Made by a program: the position numbers and the translations under genes. Shown here piece by piece: positions 62,954 to 64,000 of a stretch of DNA of 64,000 nucleotides. Every line of letters starts with the position of its first letter. Position 1 is the stretch's first letter. The notes under the pieces are model-generated. The model was not told the DNA's origin and did not search any database. It worked only from the letters and a program-made list of their open reading frames with translations. The stretch is from NCBI GenBank assembly GCA_000004695.1, contig CM000153.2:3424001-3488000 (forward strand), read 5' to 3'. This DNA is from Dictyostelium discoideum. Lineage: Eukaryota.

Positions 62954-64000
62954 ATGTATAAAGGATTTAATTTTCTTTATTTGTCAGTAGTCTTATTGTT
63001 AGCATTTAATATCTCATTCACATTTTCACAAAACACTATTTCAGTTAATTATAATGTGCAAAGAAATTATAATTCATTTGAAGAATGTGGTTTAAATGGT
63101 GAACCAGTTTGTACATCATTGGAAGATGCAGGTAATAGAGCAATTTTATTATCAAAAACAAGTAATCCAACAAACATCATCAATATCATTGGTAATATTG
63201 ATGGATCAACACCTGTCACATTTGGTAATTTATATAATTATTGTGGTAAATTGTTTATTAGATCAAGTATTAGTAATGTCAATATTAATATTAATGGATC
63301 AAATTCGACTCAACAACCATTCCTCACCATTCAAGAAGCTGATCAACCAAATTCGACTTTTCCATGTTCAATTCCAAGAATATTTCAATTCCAATATATT
63401 AATTTTACAAATTGGGATCAAACACTTGTAAATATTAATATTAATCAAGAAACAGATTTAAATTCAGTTAATCCATCAAAGAGTTTAACAGTTTATTTTC
63501 AACTTGTAAATATAATTTCTTCAAGTAGTATTTTAAAGATTTATCCAAAGAACTTTGGTGAAAATTATAATTTACAAGCAATTAAAGTTTCATTTATATC
63601 AACAATTGGAATAGACTTAAAATCATCATCGGTTTTATTTTCACCAAGTTCAACCCAATATTATTTACCACCAATTTATTTAGCCGGTGCATCAGTAACT
63701 AGAATTTTAAGTTTATCAGATAGTACATTTGAATCAACACCATTTATTTTCTCTGATAATGGAGGTGTATCATCTGGAAGTTTCGTCGTTTCAAATAATA
63801 ACTTCTCTTCAAATCCATTCATTATGGCCGTCAATGGTGGAACTGTAGCACTTCCTACCCTTTCTTTTACAAATAATATTCTTTCAACATTTATTTACTT
63901 TTCAAATTTTTATAATCAACCATTAATTCAGGCTACATTTTCAAATAACATCTTTGGAAATTCTTTCGTTCAGAATAATAAATTTATGGAATATGAAAAT
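62954..64000 (+). CDS. L-family glycoprotein, 5' portion (runs off window end); tandem duplicate of 54635..56047
   Basis: ATG at 62954. MYKGFNFLYLSVVLLLAFNISFTFSQNTISVNYNVQRNYNSFEECGLNGEPVCTSLEDAGNRAILLSKTSNPTN... is about 90% identical to 54635..56047. The upstream 250 bp (62700..62950) is also homologous to 54380..54630. Confidence 0.65.
   Translation, partial: MYKGFNFLYLSVVLLLAFNISFTFSQNTISVNYNVQRNYNSFEECGLNGEPVCTSLEDAGNRAILLSKTSNPTNIINIIGNIDGSTPVTFGNLYNYCGKLFIRSSISNVNININGSNSTQQPFLTIQEADQPNSTFPCSIPRIFQFQYINFTNWDQTLVNININQETDLNSVNPSKSLTVYFQLVNIISSSSILKIYPKNFGENYNLQAIKVSFISTIGIDLKSSSVLFSPSSTQYYLPPIYLAGASVTRILSLSDSTFESTPFIFSDNGGVSSGSFVVSNNNFSSNPFIMAVNGGTVALPTLSFTNNILSTFIYFSNFYNQPLIQATFSNNIFGNSFVQNNKFMEYEN

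Overview
The window is AT-rich nuclear DNA with the hallmarks of Dictyostelium discoideum: about 20-25% GC, long homopolymer and microsatellite tracts, poly-Asn/Gln coding repeats, and short GTAAGT...AG introns. It contains no prokaryotic features (no CRISPR arrays, no operons). The first ~30 kb is ordinary housekeeping gene space. It holds a 3' portion of a mitochondrial-type MetRS, an NFU1 Fe-S scaffold (2 exons), a bacterial-type YecM-like protein and ribosomal protein S28. It also holds an EF-hand mitochondrial carrier (4 exons) that appears to carry a 1-nt frameshift, plus Cdc20, a Mic10-like micro-ORF, a mucin/Cys-repeat membrane protein, an RBR E3 ligase and a STE20-like kinase. The remaining genes are a poly-Asn-rich type I DnaJ, an 8-exon FIP200/Atg11 autophagy scaffold and a free-standing PKS-type acyltransferase. 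From about 30.9 kb to the window end is a dense accessory-like cluster of fast-diverging lineage-specific genes. There are at least 10 paralogues of an unclassified signal-peptide, N-glycan-rich, probably beta-helix surface-protein family (L family; membrane-anchored and secreted forms). The cluster includes an inverted near-identical pair and a tandem segmental duplication. Interleaved with them are 3 paralogues of a small secreted protein family (S family), 2 paralogues of an odd degenerate-J-domain plus mitochondrial-carrier-like protein, and several short duplicated non-coding elements. A GC-richer, frame-broken relic with HDAC-like motifs lies at 61.7-62.5 kb. Several exon models are hand-derived and should be confirmed with RNA-seq.
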